From the human T2T-CHM13v2.0 reference genome, Homo sapiens, in the NCBI RefSeq assembly GCF_009914755.1, contig NC_060926.1: a DNA stretch of 64,000 bases; one strand, written 5' to 3'. The notes beneath the pieces are model-generated. The model had not been told where the DNA came from. It ran no database searches and saw nothing but the letters and a program-made list of their open reading frames with translations. Made by a program: the position numbers and the translations under genes. This document shows positions 40,461-64,000 of the stretch, one piece after another. The first letter of the stretch is position 1. The number at the start of each line of letters is the position of its first letter.

Positions 40461-41052
40461 TGTTACCAGTGGAGGCGCCCAGGTTCTTGGCGCTTTGAAC
40501 AAAGAATAGGACAAAAGCACAAACAAAGCGAGGAAAGAATAAAACAACAAAAGCAGAGATTTACTGAAAATGAAAGTATATTCCACAGGGTGGGAACAGT
40601 CAGAGCAAGGGAGTCAAGGACCCAGTTACAGAATTTTCTGGGGTTTAAATACCCTCTAGAGGTTTCCTATTGGTTACTTGGTATACACCCTACCTAAATG
40701 AAGTAGTGGCCCATGATCAGTCTGAAGTTACAAAGTTACACCCTATGCAAACATCTGATTGGTTATGGAAAGTGGGACCAGTCAGAGGCTGAAGTTACAA
40801 AGTTATACTCCTATGCAGATGAAGACTTGGACTGCCACCGGCATGATTAGTTGCAGGAGGGGACCAATTAGAGGTAATTTCAATTTTTCACCTGCCACAC
40901 AAAAATGTGTGGGGAGGTTGCAAAGCGGGGTAGCCTCCGGTCCTTTTGTTACTCAGGGCGTGGAATCTTAGGGTTTTCCTTTTAATTCTAGGAAGTCAGC
41001 GTGAATTGGCCTTAGGTTCCCTGCCTCCAGACCCTAAGGTTCTCCTGCCTCA
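40461..41052 (-). mobile_element. Solo ERV1 LTR, MER51-like, sense to USP34
   Basis: TG...CA termini (minus strand tgaggcaggag...ctggtaaca), 4-bp TSD gaga at 40457-40460 and 41053-41056, repeated CCAAT-containing units. Confidence 0.85.
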
Positions 41053-42691
41053 GAGACAAGCAAAATGAATTATAAGGATGAGATCTGAAGAGAAGGTAGT
41101 AACTCTAGAAAGTAATCAATACTCTAGGGTTATGACCAGGGGTGGGGGGATAAAAGATCACCTAATGATGCATAGTTTATGAGCGTTTGAGAGAATTAAG
41201 TGATCCACACATAGAAAATTAACTGAATGAAAAGACAGTACACCAAGAAAGAGAGAACATGCAAGATATAAAATGAACTAGAGAACTTTTTTGGCTCATT
41301 GCTGAGCAACATTTTTATTTTTAGAACTACCCTAAGAATTGATGTAACTATACTGAGAGAACTGGGGAGGGTAAAAGAATGAAATCCTTATATATCATAA
41401 CTGGAAGTTCATAGGTTACACCTAAAATTGATAGATGAAGCAACAGCAATATAAGAAGAGTGTTTCAGAATACTGTATAGAGGTTAATATCAAAACCAAC
41501 ATCTCAAAAAGCTGACAACAGAAAGGAGGGTGAGGAGACAGGGGACACAGGGACTTTATTATAGGCATTTCCCTGCCAATTAATTTTTTTAAACTCTGTA
41601 TTACTTATGTTGGTACACCAATATCATACATATCCTCCCACCATCTGAGCTTCTCTTATTTTCTTCTCAGTTTTACCGTTATTTCCAGCCTGACAAAATT
41701 ATCTAAGTAGAATTATATGCTGCCCACCTAAATAAAATGCACTTATGTTTTTAAAATGCAATGATAAAAATTTCTAAATGCCTCATATAAAGTATGTAGC
41801 TTTAATTTTAAAAGTAATACTAAGTAAACATTCATGAGGAATCTACATGTCAAAATAAAATTCTTTCCAGGTTAGGTTTTAGAATTCCATCTAGCAACAA
41901 ATATTCCAGTGGGTCCAATATCATTTCCCTAGCCCAATTCTGCTGAAAGAATGAAAGGACTATTACTCCACAGTATTCAACCTCACCAAAAATTGTTTTA
42001 TGTATGAGCTAATTTATGAAAAGAACTACTTTAAACACTGGTCAATATCAACAGTCCATTGGTCCAACAAATTTCTTGATGCCAAAATAAAAGGCAGAGC
42101 CTTAAAGAGTGAACCACATACATTTAACCTATTTAAAAGCAACGGCTTCTAAAACTATTCTAAAAAACAAAATTTATTAAAACAATGAAAAAATAAAAGT
42201 AAAAGCTTCAAACATTAAGCACAAATGACAAATATAAAAGATACTACTTTTAGCCTGGAAACCTGACAGAGAACCTCACCCTGGCTGGCGTCCAGAGTTC
42301 TTATATAGAAGAAATTCCTGAAATAAAGTTAAAAAGTTGATAGGTAGGAGACAGCAAAGAGCTTTAAATACCTGTTAAGGAACGTGGAATTTCCAAGATA
42401 TAAACCTAACTCAGTTTTGTAATAAGCTTAAAACAAGCAAAGAAAAAGAAAAAAAATCAACACTTAACAACATGAAGAATTATGCTCTGTGGTATCGGTG
42501 CTTGTCATACATGATATTCCTTTGCAGATCCGTATATTCCCTTTCCCTAATTTAGTCTTGAATTTATTCTCCTATTCCTTTCTCTTCCCATTTTCTGAGT
42601 TAGTTTTCCTCCTATTCTATTCCCAATCATTAAATTAATAAAATGATGATAATCTGGTAAACAAACATGTGTTATTAACCTCCCTAATCTT

Positions 42692-43122
42692 TTTTTTTTT
42701 GGGGGGGGGGACAGGAAGTAGAATGTATTGGTATTAAGAGGGGGCAGCACAGTGGAAGCCCTCATGAGTGCAGGGCCAGCCACTTGTCCAGAGGGCCATG
42801 AATGGCGACATACTTGACCCCACAGCCATCTGGGATGAGCCGCTTCTCAGCCACCATATCTTCAAATTCATCGGCATTGAACTTGGTGAAGCCCCACTTC
42901 TTCCAGATGTGGATCTTCTGGCAGCCGGGGAACTTGAACTTGGCCCTGAGCAGGACCTCAATCACATGCGCCTTGTTCTGCAGCTTGGTATGGATGGACA
43001 TAACTTGGCCAATGTGAACCCTGGCCACAGTGCCCTGGGGCTTTCCAAAGGCACCTCACATGCCTGTTTGGACCCTACACTGGGGTAGTGCAAGGTCAGA
43101 AACACGAACATACATCTGAAAG
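42692..43122 (-). pseudogene. RPL10: Partial RPL10 (uL16) retrocopy: retained intron 3' end, last two exons spliced together, 3'UTR and poly(A)
   Basis: ORF 42762..43028 is the RPL10 C-terminus (ARVHIGQV...[31 protein letters not shown]...ALHS). In-frame TGA at 43056-43058, poly(T) at 42690-42700, TSD acctcc(c/g)taatctt at 42678-42691 and 43259-43272. Confidence 0.93.
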
Positions 43123-43257
43123 GCCTGTCTCCAAGGTCCCTTAGAGCAACCTATACAACAAACAGGCCGCATACACTACCAAGGAAGCTGCTGTTTACAG
43201 CCATTGCACACTGGACCCCCATAAGGAAAGGAATTCAGTCAGCTTAATTGGCTGCAG
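43123..43257 (-). ncRNA. SNORA70B: Box H/ACA snoRNA U70 family copy (SNORA70B-like), intronic and sense to USP34
   Basis: 135 nt, CTGCAGCCAATTAAGC...GGAGACAGGC, resembling SNORA70. H box ACAGCA (43189-43194) and ACA 3 nt from the 3' end (43126-43128) are intact. Confidence 0.88.
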
Positions 43258-43641
43258 GACCTCCGTAATCTTACAGCCAAAGTTGTGACAGCTATATGAC
43301 TGTTAAACAGCACTTAAAAATGATGACACAGATAATACTTGATCACACAGAGACTGACCATAGTTAACTGTACCTGAGAAATCAGACCATGAAGTATAAT
43401 TTTTGTAAAATTTAAAACTGTACTGTTCTCAGTCTCACACCATGGATATACAAAAGAAGTTGTAAGCTGTCGCTCTGAATGGTGGCATGTTTTTGTTTTT
43501 AACTTCAATTCTCTGTAGTTTCTCAAAGTTGTTTTTTTTTCCCTACAATGACTGTATCATTTAAATAAGAAAAAATATATATATAAAATACTAAAATCTT
43601 TTTTTTTTTCTTTTTTTCTTTTCTTTTTTTTTTTTTTTTAG

Positions 43642-44276
<635 letters not shown>

Positions 44277-44809
44277 TAAACATTCTCCATTACCTATACT
44301 GTAGATAATACACTACAAAAACAATTTATGACCACTAATAATCTTACGAAAGCTTTTTCCCTCTAGGAAACTTATAAATAACATGTTGTATGAAATATCA
44401 TGAGTTTATCTCCACGCTAAGGTTCACTTATGGACTCACTTGGTCCACGGGCCCCAAGTTAAGAATGCATTTTGCAGATTATCCATGCTTTATTAGTACC
44501 TGTTTATCCGCTAATTAGAACGACAATCTTAATCTAGGCCACAATATTTTCTGAAGCTCAAGAAAATAATTTAGGGGAGGAAGAGAGGAAGATGGAAATA
44601 GACAAATTTTCACTACAAGGCACTGTGATCTAACTATTTTTACCTGTTCTCCCTTCTATCAGCACAATTAAGAGTATGCACAATTAAGAGTATAACATTC
44701 CACTTTTATTACTACGAGCTAACAACTGTTCATACTTACTGACAGGTGAACAAAATTACAAATTATTCAATGTTCTCCAGCTTAGCTTTCATACTTTAGC
44801 TTACATCTT

Positions 44810-45062
44810 TTAATTTATATTTCATTTTCCAAAACAAATTTTAACAATTTTAATTAAAATATGTGTTTATTAAGTCCTTTTAGCAAATACAGTGCTAAGC
44901 ACTTTGTTTTCTTACAATCTCATTAAGACAGTAGTAGCTTTATTATTATTCTATTTCCACCAATGAGGAAATGAGAGTTTACAGAACTTAACTCATTTGT
45001 CATCATCACTCGTTCACAGGTGATGAAGCAGGACTAGAATCCATGTCTATCTAGATCCAAGG
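44810..45062 (-). mobile_element. MIR-like fragment
   Basis: gtgctaagcacttt...ttattattctatttccaccaatgaggaaatgagag...ggactagaatcca. Confidence 0.55.
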
Positions 45063-46623
45063 CCACTTTTTTTTTTTAAATAGAGATGGGGTCTCGCCCT
45101 GTAGCCCAGGCTGGTCTCGAACTCCTAGGCTCAAGTGATCCTCCACCTCAGCCTCTCAAAAGTGAGAGGCATGAGCCACCACACCCGGCCAGGCCACACT
45201 CTTCTTAACCACTACATTCTAGGGCAACATGAGATAAACCACAGGCTCTCGGTGGTTTGGAGGCAAACACTTTGATATTCTGATGAGACCTAAGAATTAC
45301 TGCCTAAAACTGCACATATGAAAATCTCCTTTATAATTTCATTCCCATCCACAGACTCTTGGTTAAAAATTCTTAATACAGGGATTAAAAATAAGCTAGA
45401 ATACAAGTGTATTAGGAATGGGAACATATAACTCCCACCCCATCTCTACCAATAACTAGTGATGAGATTTTAGGAGAATGATTTTGTTTCTCTGGATTTC
45501 ATTTTATTCAGTGGCAAACTTATAGATCCTGAAATCAGAAGTGTAGATTTTTTTCCTAGTATAACATGTTGCCACCTAGCTGTAGTTACAATAATTAAAA
45601 CTCAAGATTATGACTCAGACACAACATTTCTCAGCAAATCATTGTGGACTATTAAAGTTCATCTTCAATCATAAACATATTAGTATTATGCAATATTCAT
45701 CTAGTCCATCCCTAATGCAACAGCAACCACTCCTAAACTTACTGAAATTCAGTGAGACTCAGAAAAGAAATGTCAATAATGATGGTACAGAATGTTTACA
45801 TAAATAAAATCTACAAAGTCTTTTGCAACAAGTATATCTGCCAACTCTACTGAGAGAGGAAAAAAGGATATTACCATAGAGCAAATGTTATTTGAAGTTA
45901 AACTACTCAGCTAAACTCTATGTTCAGCTAGACTGTATACCTCAGAACATTCATTTATGTATCACTGCATTTAACATGTTCATTGGCTACTGCACACAAT
46001 GCTTCAAACATTCTTACCCATAAAATTTTTTAGAAGGACTAAGTTTAAGTTAAAGTAATTTTTATTTTCATTGGTTTATTCAAGGGAAAAAAATTATTAG
46101 CAAAGACTAGTTAAAATCACATTGAGGAACAGGAATCCTTTTTATAAACTTTGATTATATTAACATGTTTTCCTAAAATTTTATTTCCTATAGTCTCAAT
46201 ATATGTATTATTTAGAAATTGGTCTAATACACATAATTATAGAAACGGAACAGATATTAAGTGGCTTAAAAGTATCCCCTACCACAATGACTTTTCTTTT
46301 TTAAGGATTAAGATTGTTACAAGCCTTTAGCTATACCATAAAAATTATTTAATCTCTCAAAATAGTTACTTTTCAGAATTTCTGTGACTCTCATATCCCT
46401 AAATAAGCAGGGGTCAAAGAAAGAAACTGATATTTATGCCCATGTTTTAAAAACAGAATCATGATCGACCTCATGAGTAAAGATTTAATAAATATTGACA
46501 AACTGTCATTTAGTAACTAATGGTATCTAACCCAACACCCTAAAAAGAAAATGTGACAATAAAAATCGCAACTTATAACACAACTCACAAAAATTAGTCT
46601 TCGAAATACCTAAAGATGCATAC

Positions 46624-46711
46624 CTCTGTGTCCAGGAATTGATATAAGTAAATATTTTGAGAGTATGTTCCTTTCTGAGCTGCAGTCCATCACCACCTTC
46701 TACATCTGATA
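46624..46711 (-). CDS. USP34: USP34 coding exon 2 (88 nt; ISDVEGGDGLQLRKEHTLKIFTYINSWTQR)
   Basis: Minus strand tttcag|TATCAGATG...CACAGAG|gtatgc. Translation matches the recalled USP34 N-terminus and is phase-compatible with the next exon. Confidence 0.95.
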
Positions 46712-47652
46712 CTGAAATAAAAAAGAAATTTTAAAATTATGAATAATGCTAAACCAGTATTAAAGCCAACAGTTCAAAATAAAGCCAAGAGCTACAAATG
46801 CAAACATTTCAGATAATCATTCTTTTGCTTCCAAAGAAAATAAGTCTACTTTTAATTAATAACTCATATGGACTTAAGAACAGATTTTTGACAGATGTAA
46901 GGGGTGGGGGGGGCAGTGAGACTTTGCCACTTATTCTGGGATTATCTCTCATCTCCAAAACCAGCCTTCCGTTGTGATGCTGAGGCTGGGACCATGCAAT
47001 CTACATTTTTCATTTCCAGCTGTCTTCCTGTTAAGATCTTGTTCTCCAGTGCCTATAGGGTACTAGAAGAAGAAGGCAGGAGGAGAGACCAAAGACTTGT
47101 CAGCTTGCTATATCTGAAAGCAGCAGCACTGATTCCAGCCTCCAGCTTAGTATTCCAAGAACCAGTCTCATGGTACTCCTCTCAGAGGTATCAGCAGTAG
47201 CCACAGAGCATACCTTCCTTGAAGTCACAGCTTCCTTCACACGGCGTTCCTCTTTTGATATGAGGAAGCTTGAGAACATTCAGTTCTCATTAAAAGACCA
47301 TTTCCCAAAATAATAAAAATTGAACATAACCATTCTTATAATTCCATCATTTTAATGGCTTTTACCTTCTTTGGCTGGTCCACACAGCTTTACAAAGTAG
47401 AAAACATAAGGGTCTTTGAAGCCACTAAACCAATTATTATGTATGTACAAGAAAGCATTTTTGAGGCTTATCAGCTTTCTTACTGTTTCTTTATATATTG
47501 CTAGTGTCTTCTCTTTAATCCCAAGAAATCTTGCCTGGATCACTGTATCACATTAACGTGAGGAGGGGAAATCCCCTATGAAGCAGTAATATGTCCTACT
47601 ATACCAGTAAGTTTCCTGTACCAAATATATATGAGGTTAGTTTACATTTAAA

Positions 47653-47690
47653 ACACACACACACACACACACACACGCGCGCGCGCGCAC
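47653..47690. repeat. (CA)n(CG)n compound microsatellite
   Basis: acacac...acgcgcgcgcgcgcac read directly. Confidence 0.95.
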
Positions 47691-48384
47691 CTTCTACTTA
47701 ATCAGACTACATACACAATGTTGAGACTTACAGCACACTTCCTCAACTCAGCTCCAGAAATGCTGGTAAGCTGAACTAGGAGGTTGGAAGATTCCTCTCT
47801 GGTAATACTGATTAACCAAAAAGGGGTTTAAAAAAAAATTACCTTGGTCAAGGAGAAAAGGAAACGGCGTAAGGCCAAAATACATGTAAAACAGTCACAA
47901 GGTAGTAACACCTACACCCAAGACCAGGCTTTTGGGACCTAGATCACATCTGAGGCCCTGGAAGCCGAAGACACTACTGACCATCAGGGAGAAGACCTGG
48001 GCAACAAAGCTTAGCAACTAGGACAGAATAAGATATAGTTGGGGCCTAAGATGAAGCAACCACTAAAAACAACCTCTTGCATTGTATGATTTCAACAAGG
48101 TGAAGAAGGGATCACAGTACGCCATGCCAGTTTTCCTTCCCCAGCCATAACAGTGCCTAAAAACAGAGGGAAGAGTGGCTACAACCATCATATCCTACTC
48201 TAACAAAAAACACACACGGCACACATTCTGAAAAAAAGTTTGTGTGGCCAGAAAACCATCCTCACCAGAGGCCCGCCTGACAGCCTAGCTGCTAACCAAC
48301 AAAAACTTTCCAACTCATTCCATCCAACCCAGAACCAGAAAGGCAAGTGAAGGACATTTCATCAGAGTAGAGTTCTCCAAACAC

Positions 48385-50660
<2,276 letters not shown>

Positions 50661-50672
50661 ATTATTTTTTAA

Positions 50673-50825
<153 letters not shown>

Positions 50826-51017
50826 TAGCTGGAATTACAGGCATGTACCACCACGCCCGGCTAATTTTTGTATTTTTAGTAGAGACAGGGTTTCACCACG
50901 TTGGCCAGGCTGGTCTCAAACTCCTGACCTCATGATCCACCTGCCTTGGCCTCCTGGGATTACAGGTGTGGCCCACTGCGCCCAGCTGCCACTGATTTTT
51001 TAGACTGAAAACAGGTG

Positions 51018-54161
<3,144 letters not shown>

Positions 54162-55137
54162 TCAGTCATTGAAAACTGGTTAACAAAGGGAGAAATCAGC
54201 CATTCATCCTGACTTTCACGTAGAAATAGCAAATAAAAGTAATGAAACAGGTAATAAAAGCAAGTTTCTCCTGATACAGATAGTCCACCTAATCAAAGAA
54301 AAAAGTGACAGGATTAGTTTTGTAGCTGTTAATGTAATAAAAGCCTTAGGCAATGGCTGCTTGCTAACTATGACATTAAGTGGCACTCCAACCAACCCCA
54401 TGGAAGAACACAACACAACCTATAAAACAGTCTTGCCAAGAAATTTAACCTGAATCTGATCAAGCCTCTAGATCTAGCAATAAAAGTATGGAAATACAAA
54501 AGACAAAGCATAATAATTACACAAGGATAAAATCTGCAAAATCCAGATGGGAAATCGTATGCACTAAGCAAGCCACGGAACGAGCAGTTTCTGCAACAAA
54601 TAAAAAGAAAGAGGGGAACCTAGAAATTACAACAGACTTAGGAAAAAAATTAGCTATGCCGATTCAGAGGTAACTCCTAGGAAGTGAGGTTTGAAAATAA
54701 AGAGAGAAAAGAATTATGTATTGAAACAGTAACAATAACCAACAGAGATATCAATGGCTACAAACTACAGGGCAGCCAGAATTCACAGAATTAGTCCACA
54801 CAGGTAGCCAACAAACAAAACACAAAGAGCAAAACAAAATAATAACTTTACTCACACTAGAAACAAACCAAATTTCCATTAGAGTGGATTGAGTTTAAAA
54901 ATAAAAAAAATAAAATAAATAAAAAGGATGCGCTTTGGGAAGAAAAGGAGGGAGGATTGCTTAAGGCTAGGAGTTCTAGACCAGCCTGGGCAACAGTACA
55001 AGACACTATCTCTACTAAACAAATTTTAAAATTAGCTAGGTTTGGCCAGGCACAGTGGCTCACGCCTGTAATCCCAGCACTTTGGGAGGCCGAGGCAGGC
55101 GGATCACGAGGTCAGGAGATCGAGACCATCCTGGCTA

Positions 55138-55506
<369 letters not shown>

Positions 55507-55608
55507 TTATCATATATATGCCAACATACGGAATTCTATTCAGCAATAAAAAGAAACCGACTACTGATGCACCAACAAGCAACATGGATGACTTCTAACC
55601 GTATGCTA

Positions 55609-55806
<198 letters not shown>

Positions 55807-55930
55807 TTAGGCTGGGCGCGGTGGCTCACGCCTGTAATCCCAGCACTTTGGGAGGCCGAGGCGGGTGGATCACGAGGTCAGGAGATCGAGACCATCCTGG
55901 CTAACACGGTGAAACCCCCCGTCTCTACTA

Positions 55931-56277
<347 letters not shown>

Positions 56278-57064
56278 TCAAAAAATAATAATAATAAAAT
56301 ACATTTAAAAATAAAGCTTAGGTGACAAAGCACATCAGCAGTTACGACAATGCAGAGTTGGTGGTGGGGCTGATTACAAACAGGAATGAGGAATAACTGG
56401 GTGATGGAAATGTTCAATTGTGGTTCTTATATGAGTGTATACATTTGTCAAAATGAATAAACACATACCCTTACAATAGACTAACCTTATTGTATGTAAA
56501 TTATATAACAATTTAGTTAATTTTTAAAATCAGCAATTCTAATAGGTCTCATGTGAATCTTGATTCAAATTGTGAAGGAAAAGGTAGAATTTTTTAAAAC
56601 TGAGAATATAAGGGAAATTGAATGCTATTTCGTATTAAGAAATTACTCTTGGGAGACCGAGGCAAGAGATCCCTTGAGGCCAGGAGTTCAAGACCACCCT
56701 GGGCAACCCCTTCGCTACAAAAAATAAAATAATTAACTGGGCATGGTAGTGCAAGCCTGTAATCTCAGCTACTTGGGAGGCTGAGAAGAGAGGATCACTT
56801 GAGCCTGGGAGTTTGAGGCTCATAGTGAGCTATGATCGTGCGCCCCTGCACTGAAGCCTGGGCAACAAGACCCCTATTCTTTAAAAAAAGAAAAATAGAA
56901 AAGAAATGAAACGAAATGAAATGAAACGAAAACTAAAGAAATTTACACAACTAGACACTGGAAAGGTTAGAGAAGAGGAATGTAGGGAGAGATTGGTTAA
57001 TGAACAGAGAATTATACCTAGCCAGGAGGAATACATTCTAGTGTTTTATAGTACTGCAGGATGA

Positions 57065-57275
<211 letters not shown>

Positions 57276-57622
57276 TAAACTTTTTGTAGAGATGGAGTCT
57301 TGCTGTGTTGCCCACACTGGTCACTAACTCCTGGCCTCAAGTGATCCTTCTGCCTCAGCCACCCAAAGCACTGGGATTACAGACATGAGTCACTGATCCT
57401 GGCTTTAGGATTACTATAGTTAATAATCTGACATTTTAGCTAGCAGAGGCTGGCCGGGCGTGGTGGCTCACACCTGTAATCCCAGCACTCTGGGAGGCCA
57501 AGTGGGTGGAATACCTGAGGTTAGGAGTTCGAGACCAGCCTGGCCAATCTGGTGAAACCCCATCTCTACTAAAATTCAAAAACTTAGCCGGGCATGGTGT
57601 TAGGCGCCTGTAATCCCAGCTA

Positions 57623-57730
<108 letters not shown>

Positions 57731-58904
57731 TCAAAAAAATAAATAAATAAAAGATAAATAAATAGCAGAGAGGATTTTGAATGTTCCCAACACAAAGAAT
57801 GATAAATGCTTGAGATAACAATAATTACCCCAATTTGATCATTACACATCATATAAAGGTATTGAAATAGCATGCTGTACCCTATAAATATGTATAAGAA
57901 TTACGTATGAATTTAAAATAACAAAAAACAGACCATGGCCAGGGGTAGCAGCTCACGCCTGTAATCACAGCACTTTGGGAGGCCAAGGCAAGATTTGCTT
58001 GGGCCCAGGTGTTTGAGACCAGCCTGGGCAACTTAGACAGAACCCACCGTTTTTCAATTAAAAAAAAAAAATGGAATGTAGTGACATTTTCCTGTAATCC
58101 TAGCACTTTGAGTGGCCAAGGTGGGCAGATGGCTTGAATTCAGGCGTTCAAGACCAGCCTGGATAACATGGCAAAACCCCATCTCTACAAAAAAAAGACA
58201 AAAATTAGCTGGGCATAATATCCCGTACCTACAGTCTTAGCTACTCAGGAAGCTGAGGTGGGCAGACAGCTTGAGCCCCAGGAGGTCAAGGCTGCAGTGA
58301 ACCAGGAGCATGCCACTGCACTCCAGCCTGGGTGACAGAGTGAGACCCTGTCTCATAAATACGTAAACAAACAAAGCTGGACACAGTGGTGTGTGTCTCT
58401 AGTTCCAACTATTCAGGAGGCTGAGGTGAGAGGACTGTTTGAGCTCAAGAGTTCTAGGCCAGCCTGGGCAACACAGCAAGACCCCATCTTTAAAATTTTT
58501 AAATGCTAAATGGTTATTTTAATATATTTAAATATATACAGATAATATATAACACCTGGATTTACTTCAAGCTAATCCAGTGGGTGGGAGAGAGACAATG
58601 GATAAGGTAAGGTGAAAAAAAAAACTACCCATGAGTTGGTAAATGTTGACTGGGTGATGGGTACATAAGTGTTCACTGCCCATAAACTTTCCCATTTCTG
58701 CACATGACTCTAGATATCTAAAACTTTCTACAATGACCAGAGAACCAAAAACCAAGACCACATACCACATAGCCAGAAACAAGGGTGAAAATAAGAGAAC
58801 AATAAAACAGAAGATTAAGATATTAGTTACAATAGGTAATACATTCAAGATATTAGATAAGCTGAAGAATTCCAGCAAAGTTATGAAGAATATTAAAAAA
58901 AGAA

Positions 58905-64000
<5,096 letters not shown>

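Noticed and set aside
42762-43028. RPL10-like ORF as a functional gene
   Set aside because: It lacks the N-terminal half and an ATG start, and has an upstream in-frame TGA, a codon deletion and many substitutions.
44662-44693. 16-bp tandem duplication (similar 8-10 bp ones at 12121 and about 18228)
   Set aside because: Ordinary slippage micro-duplications.

Overview
Primate (very probably human) genomic DNA covering the 5' part of USP34 (ubiquitin-specific peptidase 34) on the minus strand. Seven coding exons (exons 2-8 by the known N-terminal protein sequence) have exact GT-AG boundaries and join in one open frame. Exon 1 lies beyond the right end of the window. The introns are dense with repeats: about 75 Alu elements or fragments by manual count, strongly biased to the + strand, plus L1/HAL1/L2/MIR fragments, MaLR and ERV1 LTRs, DNA transposons and a 5'-truncated SVA. 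The most notable object is a TSD-flanked retrocopy in intron 2. It starts at the 5' end of the H/ACA snoRNA SNORA70 and continues through a retained RPL10 intron remnant into spliced RPL10 3' exons and a poly(A) tail, in the sense orientation of USP34. Other signals are a near-consensus young AluYd8 close to exon 4, a triplicated Alu-Alu junction, several templated or inverted duplications, a palindromic AT-rich minisatellite and a candidate 38-nt poison exon. I found no evidence of a new multi-gene system, and nearly all listed ORFs are repeat artefacts. Repeat family names come from recalled consensus sequences, not from a database search.
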